DNA of 64,000 nt, taken from the NCBI GenBank assembly GCA_017936565.1, contig JAGBFG010000043.1, positions 25,473 through 89,472 of the forward strand, in the 5' to 3' direction. Position numbers and translations under genes: made by a program. The first letter of the stretch is position 1, and the number at the start of each line of letters is the position of its first letter. Shown in pieces: positions 9,763 through 19,845 of the stretch. The notes beneath the pieces were generated by a model. It was not told the origin of the DNA. It saw nothing but the letters and a program-made list of their open reading frames with translations, and ran no database searches. The DNA comes from Clostridia bacterium. GTDB lineage: Bacteria; Bacillota; Clostridia; Oscillospirales; CAG-272.

Positions 9763-11550
9763 ATGAAAATTTCAAATGACATTTTGTATATTGGCGTAAA
9801 CGACCATAAGGTCGACCTGTTTGAAGGGCAATACAAGGTTCCAAACGGTATGTCCTACAATTCTTACGTTATTTTAGACGAAAAGGTAGCGGTCTTAGAC
9901 ACGGTGGATATCTCCTTCACGCACGAATGGCTTGACAACCTGCAAGCCGCCCTGAATGGCAGAACGCCCGACTATCTGGTAGTACAGCATATGGAGCCCG
10001 ACCACTCTGCCAACATCGGCAGCTTTTTGAAATTCTACCCCGATGCTACCGTTGTGGCAACGGAAAAGGCCTTCAAAATGATAGAGCAGTTTTTCGGCAA
10101 GGGCTTTGCGCCTAAGCGTGTGTTTGCCGAAAACGGCAGCACCCTCTCTCTTGGCGCTCACACGCTCACATTTTTGCACGCGCCAATGGTGCATTGGCCT
10201 GAGGTAATGGTCAGCTACGATAGCAAGGACAAGGTTTTGTTCTCCGCGGACGGATTTGGCAAATTCGGTGCTCTTGACGTAAAAGAGGATTGGAAGGACG
10301 AGGCGCGCCGTTATTATATCGGCATCGTGGGAAAATACGGCGCTCAGGTGCAAGGTCTGCTCAAAAAGGCGGCTGAGCTTGATATTGCCGCCATTTGCCC
10401 TCTTCACGGTCCTGTTTTGCAAGAGAACCTGAGCTATTATATTGGGCTTTACCAGACTTGGTCCTCGTATACACCCGAGGACGAAGGCATCTTTATAGCA
10501 TACACCTCGGTTTACGGTAATACCAAAAAGGCAGTCGAGGATTTGGCTGAAAAATGCAAGAGCAAGGGCGCAAACGTCGTTCTTTGCGATTTGTCAAGAG
10601 AAGACCTTTCCTCTGCTGTCGCAAATGCGTTCCGTTACAGCAAGCTGGTCTTGGCAACCACCACCTATAATGCCGACATCTTCCCCTTTATGCGCCACTT
10701 CATTGAGCATTTAACCGAGCGCAATTTCCAAAACAGAACGGTGGCGTTTATAGAGAATGGCTCTTGGGCGCCTATGGCGGCAAAGACGATGAAGGCAATG
10801 CTGCAAAACGCCAAAAAGCTCACCGTAGCGGAGCCAACGGTTACCATTCACTCCGCCTCAAATGAAGAGACGGGAAAGCAATTAGAGGCGCTTGCAAACG
10901 ACCTTTGCCGTGAATATCTGGCGCAGAGGGACGAAACCGCAAACAAAAACGATCGGACTGCTCTTTTCAAGATTGGATACGGACTGTACGTGGTCACCTC
11001 AAACGACGGCAAAAAGGACAACGGCTTAATCGTCAATACCATCACCCAGGTGACAAACACCCCCAACCGCGTTGCCGTCACCATCAACAAGAGCAACTAT
11101 TCTCACCACGTCATTATGCAAACGGGGAAAATGAACGTCAACTGTCTTTCCGTGGACGCGCCCTTTGCCGTATTTGAGGTCTTTGGCTTCCAAAGCGGTA
11201 GAAACACGGACAAATTCAAGAACTGCGACGTTCTGCGCTCGGATAACGGGCTTGTCTTCCTTCCCAAGCACATCAACGCCTTTATGTCCTTAAAGGTAGA
11301 GCAGTACGTGGATTTGGATACCCACGGTATGTTTATCTGCCAGATAACCGAGGCGCGCGTCATTTCCGATGCGGAAACGATGACCTACTCCTATTATCAA
11401 AGTAACGTGAAGCCGAAGCCCCAAACCGAGGGTAAGAAGGGCTACGTTTGCAAAATTTGCGGCTATATTTACGAGGGCGAGGAATTGCCCGATGACTTTG
11501 TTTGCCCCTTGTGCAAGCACGGAGCTTCGGATTTCGAGCCTATCGTATAA
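9763..11550 (+). CDS. Multidomain flavodiiron protein: metallo-beta-lactamase-like diiron domain, flavodoxin domain, flavin-reductase-like domain and C-terminal rubredoxin
   Basis: HMEPDHSAN (the H-x-E-x-D-H diiron motif), a flavodoxin-like segment ([20 protein letters not shown]), a flavin-reductase-like segment ([24 protein letters not shown]), and rubredoxin CKICGYIY...CPLCKHG. Confidence 0.85.
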   Translation: MKISNDILYIGVNDHKVDLFEGQYKVPNGMSYNSYVILDEKVAVLDTVDISFTHEWLDNLQAALNGRTPDYLVVQHMEPDHSANIGSFLKFYPDATVVATEKAFKMIEQFFGKGFAPKRVFAENGSTLSLGAHTLTFLHAPMVHWPEVMVSYDSKDKVLFSADGFGKFGALDVKEDWKDEARRYYIGIVGKYGAQVQGLLKKAAELDIAAICPLHGPVLQENLSYYIGLYQTWSSYTPEDEGIFIAYTSVYGNTKKAVEDLAEKCKSKGANVVLCDLSREDLSSAVANAFRYSKLVLATTTYNADIFPFMRHFIEHLTERNFQNRTVAFIENGSWAPMAAKTMKAMLQNAKKLTVAEPTVTIHSASNEETGKQLEALANDLCREYLAQRDETANKNDRTALFKIGYGLYVVTSNDGKKDNGLIVNTITQVTNTPNRVAVTINKSNYSHHVIMQTGKMNVNCLSVDAPFAVFEVFGFQSGRNTDKFKNCDVLRSDNGLVFLPKHINAFMSLKVEQYVDLDTHGMFICQITEARVISDAETMTYSYYQSNVKPKPQTEGKKGYVCKICGYIYEGEELPDDFVCPLCKHGASDFEPIV

Positions 11551-11565
11551 TCGTAAAGGAGCGTT

Positions 11566-12366
11566 ATGAATAACGATTTTGACGAGCTTTTTCGCTATGA
11601 CGGCTGCGCTTCCTGCGGGTATAAGGCAGACACGCACCAAGGAAAAATGGACGTTTCCCGTGTCATCGACAGGCTTGACGCAACCTTGAACAGCGGCGAC
11701 ATAGAAGAGGCTGAAAGATTGCTTTGCCATTGGCAAAGGGAGGCCCTGTATCTGCAAGACAAGCGGGCAGAGCTTTCCATTGTCAACGAGCAAATCGGGC
11801 TCTATCGCAGAATGGGTGACAAGGAAAAAGGCTTGACGGCAGTAGAAAGAGCGCTTTCTCTCATTGCCGCCTTGGATATGGAAGAAACCGTTTCGGCGGC
11901 AACCGTACTGCTTAACGCCGCCACCACCTTAAAGGCCTTTGGCAAGGCAGAGGAAGCAGAACCTCTTTATCACAAAACGCTTGCGGTATATGAAGCCTCT
12001 CTTGCGAAGGACGACCCTCTTTTCGGGGGCTTCTATAACAATTACGGTCTTTGCCTTGCCGACTTAAACCGCAAGGAAGAGGCAGAAAAGGCTTTCTTTT
12101 CCGCTTTGGCTATTATGGAAGGAAAGAAAAAGGGGCTCTTGGAGGCAGGGGTTACCTACGTCAACTTAGCCCACCTATATGAGCTTTGGAAGGACGAGCA
12201 AATCCATCCTTGCCTGATGAAGGCAAAGGCACTTCTGCTTTCTTCGTCCATTCCAAGAGACGGCTTCTATGCCTTTAACGTGGATAAATGCATTCCCTCT
12301 TTCCTCTATTACGGGCTGACCGAAGAGGCAGAGCTGCTGAAAAGGGAAAGAAACTCTTGTAAATAA
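11566..12366 (+). CDS. Tetratricopeptide-repeat protein
   Basis: Repeated TPR-like helices (AEPLYHKTLAVYEASLAKDDPLFGGFYNNYGLCLADLNRKEEAEKAFFSALAI). Function unknown. Confidence 0.6.
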   Translation: MNNDFDELFRYDGCASCGYKADTHQGKMDVSRVIDRLDATLNSGDIEEAERLLCHWQREALYLQDKRAELSIVNEQIGLYRRMGDKEKGLTAVERALSLIAALDMEETVSAATVLLNAATTLKAFGKAEEAEPLYHKTLAVYEASLAKDDPLFGGFYNNYGLCLADLNRKEEAEKAFFSALAIMEGKKKGLLEAGVTYVNLAHLYELWKDEQIHPCLMKAKALLLSSSIPRDGFYAFNVDKCIPSFLYYGLTEEAELLKRERNSCK

Positions 12367-12432
12367 CAGTTTACCTTTTAAGGCAATACGCTTCTTTTAA
12401 CACAACTACAAAAACACCAAGGAGGGCGACAG

Positions 12433-13377
12433 ATGAAAGGGCTTGCTCTTGCCCGCTCCTATTACGAGAGCTTTGGCAAGGAAATGCTGGAAAAGAGCTT
12501 TCCCGACGAGCTTTCCCGCATTGCCGTCGGTCTTGTCGGCGAGGGCTCGGAGTGCAGCGGGTTTGACGACACGTTATCCCAAGACCACGATTTTGAGCCG
12601 GGCTTTTGCCTTTGGATATCGAGGCAGGACTATGAAAAATTCGGCTTTCCCTTAGAGCGCGCGTACGCTAAGCTCCCCAAGGAGTTTATGGGCTTCTCCC
12701 GCTCCCGTCTTGCCCCCGCGGGAAGTCGCCGACACGGCGTTCTGATACAACAGGATTTCTATACGCGCTTTTTGGGGCAGCCAACCCCGCCCGACTCTCT
12801 TGTCGGGTGGCTCTACACCCCTTCTTTTGCCCTCTTCGCCGCCACGAACGGCGAGGTCTGGCGGGACGATATGGGCAGTTTTACAGCGGTGCGCGATGTC
12901 TTAAAAAGGGGATATCCCTTGGACGTACGCAAGAAAAAATTAGCGGCGCACACCCTTTCTATGACGCAAGCGGGGCTTTATAACTATCCCCGTCTTTTGA
13001 AGCGAGGCGAAAGGGGCGCCGCACAGCTTGCCGTTTTCACCTTCGTCAAGCACGCGATTTCCGCTATTTACTTGCTTAACAACGCCTACGAGCCCTTCTA
13101 CAAGTGGGCGTATCGCGGTATGCGGTCCTTGCCCCTTCTTTCAGAATGGGAAGACACGCTCTCGGGGCTTTGCGAGCTTGATAATTCCGAAAAAAACGCC
13201 AAAAGCAAAATGGAAATTATCGAGCTTCTTTGCGACACCTTATCCGAGGTTCTGGTCAAGGAACAGTATTCGGACGCGCCCACAATCTCTCTTGCCGACC
13301 ACGCGTATACCGTTTACAACAGCATCAAGGACAACGCCCTGCGAAAAATGCACATTTTAGAGGGAATTGACACATAA
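12433..13377 (+). CDS. DUF4037-like protein with N-terminal minimal nucleotidyltransferase-fold motif
   Basis: VGLVGEGSECSGFDDTLSQDHDFEPGFCLW resembles the G-S...D-x-D pattern of Pol-beta-type NTases and my memory of DUF4037 proteins. RBS AAGGAGG lies upstream. Confidence 0.55.
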   Translation: MKGLALARSYYESFGKEMLEKSFPDELSRIAVGLVGEGSECSGFDDTLSQDHDFEPGFCLWISRQDYEKFGFPLERAYAKLPKEFMGFSRSRLAPAGSRRHGVLIQQDFYTRFLGQPTPPDSLVGWLYTPSFALFAATNGEVWRDDMGSFTAVRDVLKRGYPLDVRKKKLAAHTLSMTQAGLYNYPRLLKRGERGAAQLAVFTFVKHAISAIYLLNNAYEPFYKWAYRGMRSLPLLSEWEDTLSGLCELDNSEKNAKSKMEIIELLCDTLSEVLVKEQYSDAPTISLADHAYTVYNSIKDNALRKMHILEGIDT

Positions 13378-13656
13378 CTGGCGCAAATCCGTAGCGCTCA
13401 GACCAAAAAGAAGAGAAAAACGCATTTGGTGTATTTTTCTCTTTTTTTCTTTTTTGCCCAAAAGGCAAAGGAGCGAGGTCATCTCCCACTTTCTTTTCTT
13501 CGCTTTTTCACATACTTTTTTCCAAATTGTCGCACAATAAGTGATAATTCCCTTGATTTTTTCAATAAAGTATGATATCATATATACTGTATGAGTATAT
13601 ATAAAATTAAAGAAAATAGATAAATCGACAACGTAATTATCTTGGAGGAAAATCCC

Positions 13657-14376
13657 GTGCTTGACACCAAAATTATGGTCGTGACCAACAAACCCTACCC
13701 TATGCCCGCGGACAAGATGTATATGCCTGTATTAGTGGGCAAGCAAAAAACGGTTCCCGAGGGCTTTATACAAGACAACAGTGGCGAAAACATTGCGGAA
13801 AAGAACCCCTTTTTCTGTGAGCTGACCGCCCTTTATTTTGCTTGGAAAAACATGGACGCTGACGCTATTGGGCTTTTCCATTACAGGCGCTATTTACGCG
13901 GCAAGGCTTCTTTTGTCGCAAACGGCAAAAAAAAGCGCATCTTATCCCAAGAGGAAGTGGAAAGACTGCTTGCCCAAAGCGACCTTATTCTTCCCAAGCG
14001 CCGCAACTACTACATTGAAACCCTGTATTCCCATTATGAGCACACGATGTACGTGGAGCCGTTGGAGGAAACAGGTCGCATCATTGAGGAGCTTTGCCCT
14101 CTCTATTCTCCCGCCTTTGAGCGCTTGAAAATCCGCAAAAGCGCCCATATGTTCAATATGATGGTGGCAAAAAAAGAGGTGCTTGACGGCTATTGCGCCT
14201 GGCTCTTCCCCATTTTGTTCGAGCTTGAAAAGCGCACCGATTTAACGAAGTATACCGCCTTTCACGCCAGATTTTTCGGGCGCGTCAGCGAATTGCTTTT
14301 AGACGTATATATAGAAACAAATCATGTTTCCTATACAGAGGCTCCTCTGGAAAATATAGAACGCGTCAACTGGTGA
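13657..14376 (+). CDS. DUF4422-family putative glycosyltransferase (WbbI-like, possible galactofuranosyltransferase)
   Basis: VVTNKPYPMP...GLFHYRRYL pattern. GTG 13657 lies 8 nt after GGAGG (13644-13648); the ORF track starts at TTG 13642. The WbbI link is from memory. Confidence 0.6.
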   Translation: MLDTKIMVVTNKPYPMPADKMYMPVLVGKQKTVPEGFIQDNSGENIAEKNPFFCELTALYFAWKNMDADAIGLFHYRRYLRGKASFVANGKKKRILSQEEVERLLAQSDLILPKRRNYYIETLYSHYEHTMYVEPLEETGRIIEELCPLYSPAFERLKIRKSAHMFNMMVAKKEVLDGYCAWLFPILFELEKRTDLTKYTAFHARFFGRVSELLLDVYIETNHVSYTEAPLENIERVNW

Positions 14377-14422
14377 AAAAAGGGCACCGCCTTTTTGAAA
14401 GCCAAGTTTAAGAAGGAGAAAT

Positions 14423-15691
14423 ATGGAAAAAGTTTTTAAGTTTAAGGGCTTTGCCTTGCTTGATGGGGCTGTTCCTTGGATTGTGGCTGTTTACTGTATG
14501 ATAGAGGTTTTTCTGGCAGCGGCTTTGCCCTCTGCTTTTCTCGAAAGCCTGTTGCGCATAGCAAAATTCGCCATCTTTTTCCTGTTTTTGTGTCATGTAA
14601 CGGTGGATATGGTGAAGGGATACTTCCCCTTCAAGAAATCCAATCTTTTATTCCTTGCCTTTTTTATTCTTGGACTTTGTATTTACTTTGGCGCCAGCAA
14701 TATCGGGCTGTACTTTGTGCTCATCCCTCTCTTGCTCGTTGTTTTGCGCGACAGAGATTTCCGTGACATCACCAAAAAAACGTCGCTTTTGGTGGGCATT
14801 GCGCTTTTGACGGTTATTCTTCTCTCCTTGGTGGGCGTGCTTCCCAACGAGGTTTTTTCAACAAGAGGTGAAACCGAGCGCTATACCCTTGGCTTTACCT
14901 ATGCCACTCTTTCGCAAACCATTGTGATGTTTGTGAGCCTGACCTTGAATTTTTCATACCGCGAAAAAACGCCCTATTGGCTTTTGGCGCTTGAGGTTGC
15001 CGTCTCGGTTTTCGTCTATATCTATACCGACACCAGAACAGGCTTTTTCCTGACGCTTGTCATCGTGATATTTACGCTTTTTGCCAAATGGCGCCGCTTT
15101 CTTCCCTTCCAAAAGACGCTTTCCCTGTCCTTCTTGCAAAAGCCCGCTTTTTACAACACGCTTTGCTTTTTCCCGCTTTTGCTGTTCGTGGGCTTTGGCA
15201 TTTTAACCATTCTGTATCAGAACGAGGTGCCCCTTGCCATTTCAGCAAACCGCTTTATGAGCAACCGCCTTTTGTATACGGCAAGGGCGTTTGCCGAGCA
15301 GCCCCTTACTCTTTTTGGGGAAATGATTGACTGGTATATTCCCACTGAAACGATTTTTAGTGAGCTTCCTATCGAAGAAATCGTCGAAAAGGAGTATATG
15401 GGAGTGGACTCTGCCTATTATTACTACCTTTTCAAAACAGGGGTGGTCGGTTTTCTGATGGTGATGACCTATGATATTTTAGCCTGCCGACACGCCTTAA
15501 AGGAAAAAGACTCTTGGCTGATATTTGCCCTTTTTATTTGTCTGATGGACGGGCTTTTGGAGTCCTACCTCTGTGACATCCGCTACAACGTATTTGTGCT
15601 TTGCTTGGCATATATGGCAAAAGGACGCGGCGCACCCTTGACGGGCAAGCTGTGTCGCCAAAACAAAAAGGAGAGAGACTGTGAACAATAA
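14423..15691 (+). CDS. O-antigen/EPS polymerase-like polytopic membrane protein (Wzy-type)
   Basis: About 10-12 predicted TM helices with one larger loop, located in a polysaccharide cluster. RBS AAGGAG precedes the ATG. There is no catalytic motif I can verify. Confidence 0.5.
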   Translation: MEKVFKFKGFALLDGAVPWIVAVYCMIEVFLAAALPSAFLESLLRIAKFAIFFLFLCHVTVDMVKGYFPFKKSNLLFLAFFILGLCIYFGASNIGLYFVLIPLLLVVLRDRDFRDITKKTSLLVGIALLTVILLSLVGVLPNEVFSTRGETERYTLGFTYATLSQTIVMFVSLTLNFSYREKTPYWLLALEVAVSVFVYIYTDTRTGFFLTLVIVIFTLFAKWRRFLPFQKTLSLSFLQKPAFYNTLCFFPLLLFVGFGILTILYQNEVPLAISANRFMSNRLLYTARAFAEQPLTLFGEMIDWYIPTETIFSELPIEEIVEKEYMGVDSAYYYYLFKTGVVGFLMVMTYDILACRHALKEKDSWLIFALFICLMDGLLESYLCDIRYNVFVLCLAYMAKGRGAPLTGKLCRQNKKERDCEQ

Positions 15692-17714
15692 ACCTGTTTT
15701 TGCCGTTGTGGTGACCTACAACCGCAAAGAGCTTTTGCGCGAGAGCGTTGAAGCGTTACTCGCCATTCAAAACGACGCCTTGCGCATTTTAGTGGTAGAT
15801 AATGCCTCAACCGACGGGACCAAGGAGCATATTGCCGATTTGCTTTCTCTTCCCTCTGTTTTGTACGAAAACACAGGTGAAAATTTAGGGGGAGCCGGCG
15901 GCTTTTCCTATGGCATACGGCGCGCGGTGGAGCTTGGCGCTTATTATATATGGCTGATGGATGACGACTGCGTTGTATCGTCCTCGGCGCTTGACGGCTT
16001 TCTGCGCTTTGCCGAAAAGGTAAACGATGACTTTGGCTTTTTGTCGGGCGTGATACACTGGACGGATGGCAGCATTTGCAAAATGAATATACAGCGCACC
16101 ACCCTTTCCAAGGAAATCAGCGATTTTTCCAAGACCCAGCGGGTGAAGCTCGCTTCCTTCGTTTCCTTCTTTATCACGACAAAAACCGTAGAGGAGATGG
16201 GGCTTCCCTACCGTGACTTTTTCATTTGGGGAGATGACTGGGAATATACATCCCGCATTTCCGCCGTCAAGCCCTGCTATATGGTAGCTGACAGCTTGGC
16301 TGTTCACAAATCCAAAAACAACATTGGAGCAGACATTGTGTCCGACACGGGCGACAGACTTGACCGCTATTTTTACGCCTATCGCAACGAGGGCTTTTTC
16401 TACTACAACGAGGGCTTTAAGGGCAAGCTTTACTTTACAGCCAAGAAGCTGTTTCACCGCTTGAAAATCCTTTTTTCCAAAACCCCGATGAAAAAGGAAA
16501 AGCTGGCTATTTTGCGCAAGGGCGCAAAAGCGGCAAAGCATTTTTCGCCTAAAAAAGAATACGTGTTTTGCAAGGATACCAAGGTCCGCGTGCTTGAATT
16601 TTTCGGCGAACCCCTTTCTTACGGCGGGCAGGAAGCCTTTATTCTGAATATGGCACGCAATTTTGAGGACAAACAGTTAGACTACACCTTTGCCACCCCC
16701 TTTGGAGCGGACAACGCCGCCCTTCTTTCCTTGATAGAGCAAAGAGACTACGGGCTTATTCATCTGGACTATGCGTTTGACACCCCCTTGCGTAAGATTT
16801 ACACCAAGCGGGGCTTGAAAAAGATACTTGAAAAGCACGATTTTGATGTCATTCACATTCATTCGGGCAGTCTGTATACGCTTTTGCACGCGGCAAAAAT
16901 CGCCAAGAAGAAGGGGATCAAGCGCGTGCTTGTGCATTCGCACGCCGCGGGCGGCTCTTCTTCCTTCAAATACCGCTTGATAAAAGCCGATGCGAACAGG
17001 CGTATAGAGAAATACGTTGACGGATTTTTAGCCTGCTCCGAGGTTGCGGCAGAAAGAAAATATCCCCCTGCCGTTATAGAGAAAAAGCAGTTTGCCGTTA
17101 TCAACAACGGAATTGATGGCGCCCTTTACACCTTTACGGAAGAAAAGCGGCAAGCGATGAGAGACGCTCTCGGTCTTTCCGACAAATTGGCTATTTGTCA
17201 CATCGGGCGCTTTGCTCCCGAAAAAAATCACGCCTTTCTGATAGAGGTCGCAAAAATTCTGGCAGAGAAAACCCGCCACTTCCGCCTGCTGTTGGTGGGC
17301 GAGGGAGAAGGAAAGGCCGAAATGGAAGCGCGCAGCTCCTCTTACGGTCTTTCGGACGTTGTGTCGTTCTTAGGACGGCGCGACGACGTTGCCGACATCT
17401 TAATGGCAAGCGATGTGTTTGTGCTTCCCTCTTTGTTTGAGGGCTTGCCCGTTTCGGCTGTCGAGGCACAAGCCACGGGGCTTCCCACGCTTTGCGCCGA
17501 CACCGTTACCCCTGAGGTTAATTTTTCCGATTTGTTTACCTTTCTTCCCATTGAAAGCCCTGCTTTGTGGGCAGAGGCGATTTTGCAAGTGAAAAAGCCG
17601 AGCTTCCCCAGAGAAAGCTATGCGGCGTCCTTAAAGAACGCGCACTTTGACGCAAAGGAATCGGCAAGCCTTTTAGAAAAAATTTATTTGACAGGACAAA
17701 TACACTATGAGTGA
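15681..17714 (+). CDS. Bifunctional glycosyltransferase: N-terminal GT2 domain fused to C-terminal GT4/GT1-type domain
   Basis: N-terminus FAVVVTYNRKELLRESVEALL...LVVDNASTDGT...WLMDDDC (GT2 DxD). C-terminus GRFAPEKNHAFLIEV...LPSLFEGLPVSAVEAQATGLP (the E-x7-E GT4 motif). Confidence 0.75.
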   Translation: MNNKPVFAVVVTYNRKELLRESVEALLAIQNDALRILVVDNASTDGTKEHIADLLSLPSVLYENTGENLGGAGGFSYGIRRAVELGAYYIWLMDDDCVVSSSALDGFLRFAEKVNDDFGFLSGVIHWTDGSICKMNIQRTTLSKEISDFSKTQRVKLASFVSFFITTKTVEEMGLPYRDFFIWGDDWEYTSRISAVKPCYMVADSLAVHKSKNNIGADIVSDTGDRLDRYFYAYRNEGFFYYNEGFKGKLYFTAKKLFHRLKILFSKTPMKKEKLAILRKGAKAAKHFSPKKEYVFCKDTKVRVLEFFGEPLSYGGQEAFILNMARNFEDKQLDYTFATPFGADNAALLSLIEQRDYGLIHLDYAFDTPLRKIYTKRGLKKILEKHDFDVIHIHSGSLYTLLHAAKIAKKKGIKRVLVHSHAAGGSSSFKYRLIKADANRRIEKYVDGFLACSEVAAERKYPPAVIEKKQFAVINNGIDGALYTFTEEKRQAMRDALGLSDKLAICHIGRFAPEKNHAFLIEVAKILAEKTRHFRLLLVGEGEGKAEMEARSSSYGLSDVVSFLGRRDDVADILMASDVFVLPSLFEGLPVSAVEAQATGLPTLCADTVTPEVNFSDLFTFLPIESPALWAEAILQVKKPSFPRESYAASLKNAHFDAKESASLLEKIYLTGQIHYE

Positions 17715-18702
17715 AAAAATTTTAAGCGTCAGCGTTGCTTCCTATAACCTTGGCGAGATGATTTTGGAATGTCTTTCCTCTTTCTGTCAGCCCCAGGTAA
17801 TAGACAAGCTTGAAATCCTTGTCACTGACGATGGAAGCCGCGACAACACCCCTGACCTTGCGGAGCAATTTGCTTCTCGCTTTCCTTCTTCCATTAAGGT
17901 CATTCGCAAGCAAAACGAGGGCCCCGGCTCTACCGTCAACAGCGGTATTGCAAATGCGACAGGCAAATATTTTCGTATGGTAGACGGAGATGACTGGGTG
18001 AAGGAGCAAACCCTTGCTTCCTTTATTTCCTTTTTAGAGACGACTGACGCTGACCTTGTTGTATCGGATTATGACATATTCGACAACAGCGAAAAAAAGG
18101 TCATTTCCACCGAGCGCGCTTCTATTGCGCCTGCCTTGACGCATTCCTTTGAGGACGTTTTTTCTCAAATCCCCTACCAAATGCACGCGCTTACCTATAA
18201 GACGGCGTTTTTCAAGAAAGCAGAGACGCTTGACAACTGCTTTTACACAGATACGGAATATACCCTCTTTCCCATTCCCTTTGTGCAAACAGTAGCGTAT
18301 TTTGACAAGACCGTTTATATGTACCGTGTCGCGCAGGCGACCCAAAGCGTCAACCCTGCCAGTATGCGCAAGAACCTTGCCCAGCATGACCGCGTATTGA
18401 AACGGCTTTTGTCCTTATATGAAAGCCAAAAAGACACCTTGTCCCACGGGCAGCGGCATTTTATGGCAAAGCGCATTGCCACTATGGCAGACGTGCAGCT
18501 TGGCGTTTTGCTGACCTTTGAAAAATCCAAGGAAGGCAAGCAGAGGATTAAAGACTTTTTTGCCTTTGTCAAAGAGGCAAGCCAAGATGTTTACGCCTAT
18601 TTCAAGACAGGAAAAAAATGCAAGCTTTTGCTTTTCTCGTCCTTTCTTCTTTATCCCCAAGTACGCAGGATGTACTTGAAGGTTATTGGAGAACGCCCGT
18701 AA
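17707..18702 (+). CDS. GT2-family glycosyltransferase
   Basis: LSVSVASYNLGEMILECLSS...ILVTDDGSRDNT...RMVDGDDW (DxD). It overlaps the preceding gene by 8 nt. Confidence 0.8.
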   Translation: MSEKILSVSVASYNLGEMILECLSSFCQPQVIDKLEILVTDDGSRDNTPDLAEQFASRFPSSIKVIRKQNEGPGSTVNSGIANATGKYFRMVDGDDWVKEQTLASFISFLETTDADLVVSDYDIFDNSEKKVISTERASIAPALTHSFEDVFSQIPYQMHALTYKTAFFKKAETLDNCFYTDTEYTLFPIPFVQTVAYFDKTVYMYRVAQATQSVNPASMRKNLAQHDRVLKRLLSLYESQKDTLSHGQRHFMAKRIATMADVQLGVLLTFEKSKEGKQRIKDFFAFVKEASQDVYAYFKTGKKCKLLLFSSFLLYPQVRRMYLKVIGERP

Positions 18703-18735
18703 ATATCCCATACAATTCAAAAGGAGCTTATCATT

Positions 18736-19845
18736 ATGAAGTACGATTATTTAATTGTCGGAGCGGGGCTGTACGGCGCCGTCTGCGCCCATGAGCTGAC
18801 CAAAAGGGGCAAGCGCTGTCTTGTTGTGGAAAAAAGAAACCACATCGGCGGCAACATCTACACGAAGGAAATAGAGGGCATCAACGTGCATATGTACGGC
18901 GCTCACATTTTCCACACCTCTGACAAAAAGATTTGGGAATATATCAATCAGTTTGCGGAGTTTAACCATTATATCAACGCGCCTGTTGCCCGTTATCACG
19001 ACGAGCTTTACAATCTTCCCTTCAATATGAACACCTTTACAAAGCTTTGGCCTGACGTGTTTACGCCCGAGGATGCCAAGCGCCGCATTGAGAAGGAAAG
19101 AGAAATGGGCTTTTGCGCGCACCCCTCTAACCTAAAAGAGCAGGCTATCTCCTTGGTCGGTGAGACCATTTATAAAAAGCTGATTGAGGGCTATACTGAA
19201 AAGCAATGGGGCAAAAAATGCGAGGAGCTGCCCGCCTTTATCATCAAGCGCCTGCCTGTGCGCTTTACCTTTGACAACAACTATTTCAATGACCGCTATC
19301 AAGGCATTCCCATTGGCGGTTATACGCAGATTATCGCCAAAATGTTAGAAGGGTCGGATGTTTTGACGGAATACGACTATTTCGAGCATAGGGACGAGTT
19401 AAAGACCTTGGCGGAGCACACCATTTACACAGGACCGATTGACCGCTTCTACGATTTTGCGTTTGGAGCGCTTGAATACAGAAGCGTCCGTTTTGAAACG
19501 GAGATCTTGGATATGGAATCCTATCAAGGTAACGCCGTTGTCAACTACACCGCCGCCGAGGTGCCGTATACCCGCATTATCGAGCATAAGCATTTTGAAT
19601 TCGGCACACAGCCGAAAACGGTTATCAGCCGCGAGTATTCTTCCAAGTGGACACTGGAAGACGAGCCCTATTACCCTCTCAACGATGCTAAAAACACCAT
19701 GCTTTATGATAAATATAAAGCAAAAGCAGACGCTGAACCCAACGTTACCTTTGGAGGAAGACTCGGCGCTTACAAATACTACGATATGCACGTGGTCATC
19801 GCCGAGGCACTAAAAACGGTGGCAGGGCTTACAAATGAAGATTAA
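18736..19845 (+). CDS. glf: UDP-galactopyranose mutase
   Basis: MKYDYLIVGAGLYGAVCAHELTKRGKRCLVVEKRNHIGGNIYT...GAHIFHT...GRLGAYKYYDMH is a textbook Glf signature. Confidence 0.92.
   Translation: MKYDYLIVGAGLYGAVCAHELTKRGKRCLVVEKRNHIGGNIYTKEIEGINVHMYGAHIFHTSDKKIWEYINQFAEFNHYINAPVARYHDELYNLPFNMNTFTKLWPDVFTPEDAKRRIEKEREMGFCAHPSNLKEQAISLVGETIYKKLIEGYTEKQWGKKCEELPAFIIKRLPVRFTFDNNYFNDRYQGIPIGGYTQIIAKMLEGSDVLTEYDYFEHRDELKTLAEHTIYTGPIDRFYDFAFGALEYRSVRFETEILDMESYQGNAVVNYTAAEVPYTRIIEHKHFEFGTQPKTVISREYSSKWTLEDEPYYPLNDAKNTMLYDKYKAKADAEPNVTFGGRLGAYKYYDMHVVIAEALKTVAGLTNED

Noticed and set aside
13405-13455. Possible terminator after the DUF4037 gene (AAGAGAAAAA ... TTTTTCTCTT)
   Set aside because: The stem is purely A/T-rich with a 13-nt loop. 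It is too weak to call confidently and may simply be a low-complexity A/T tract.
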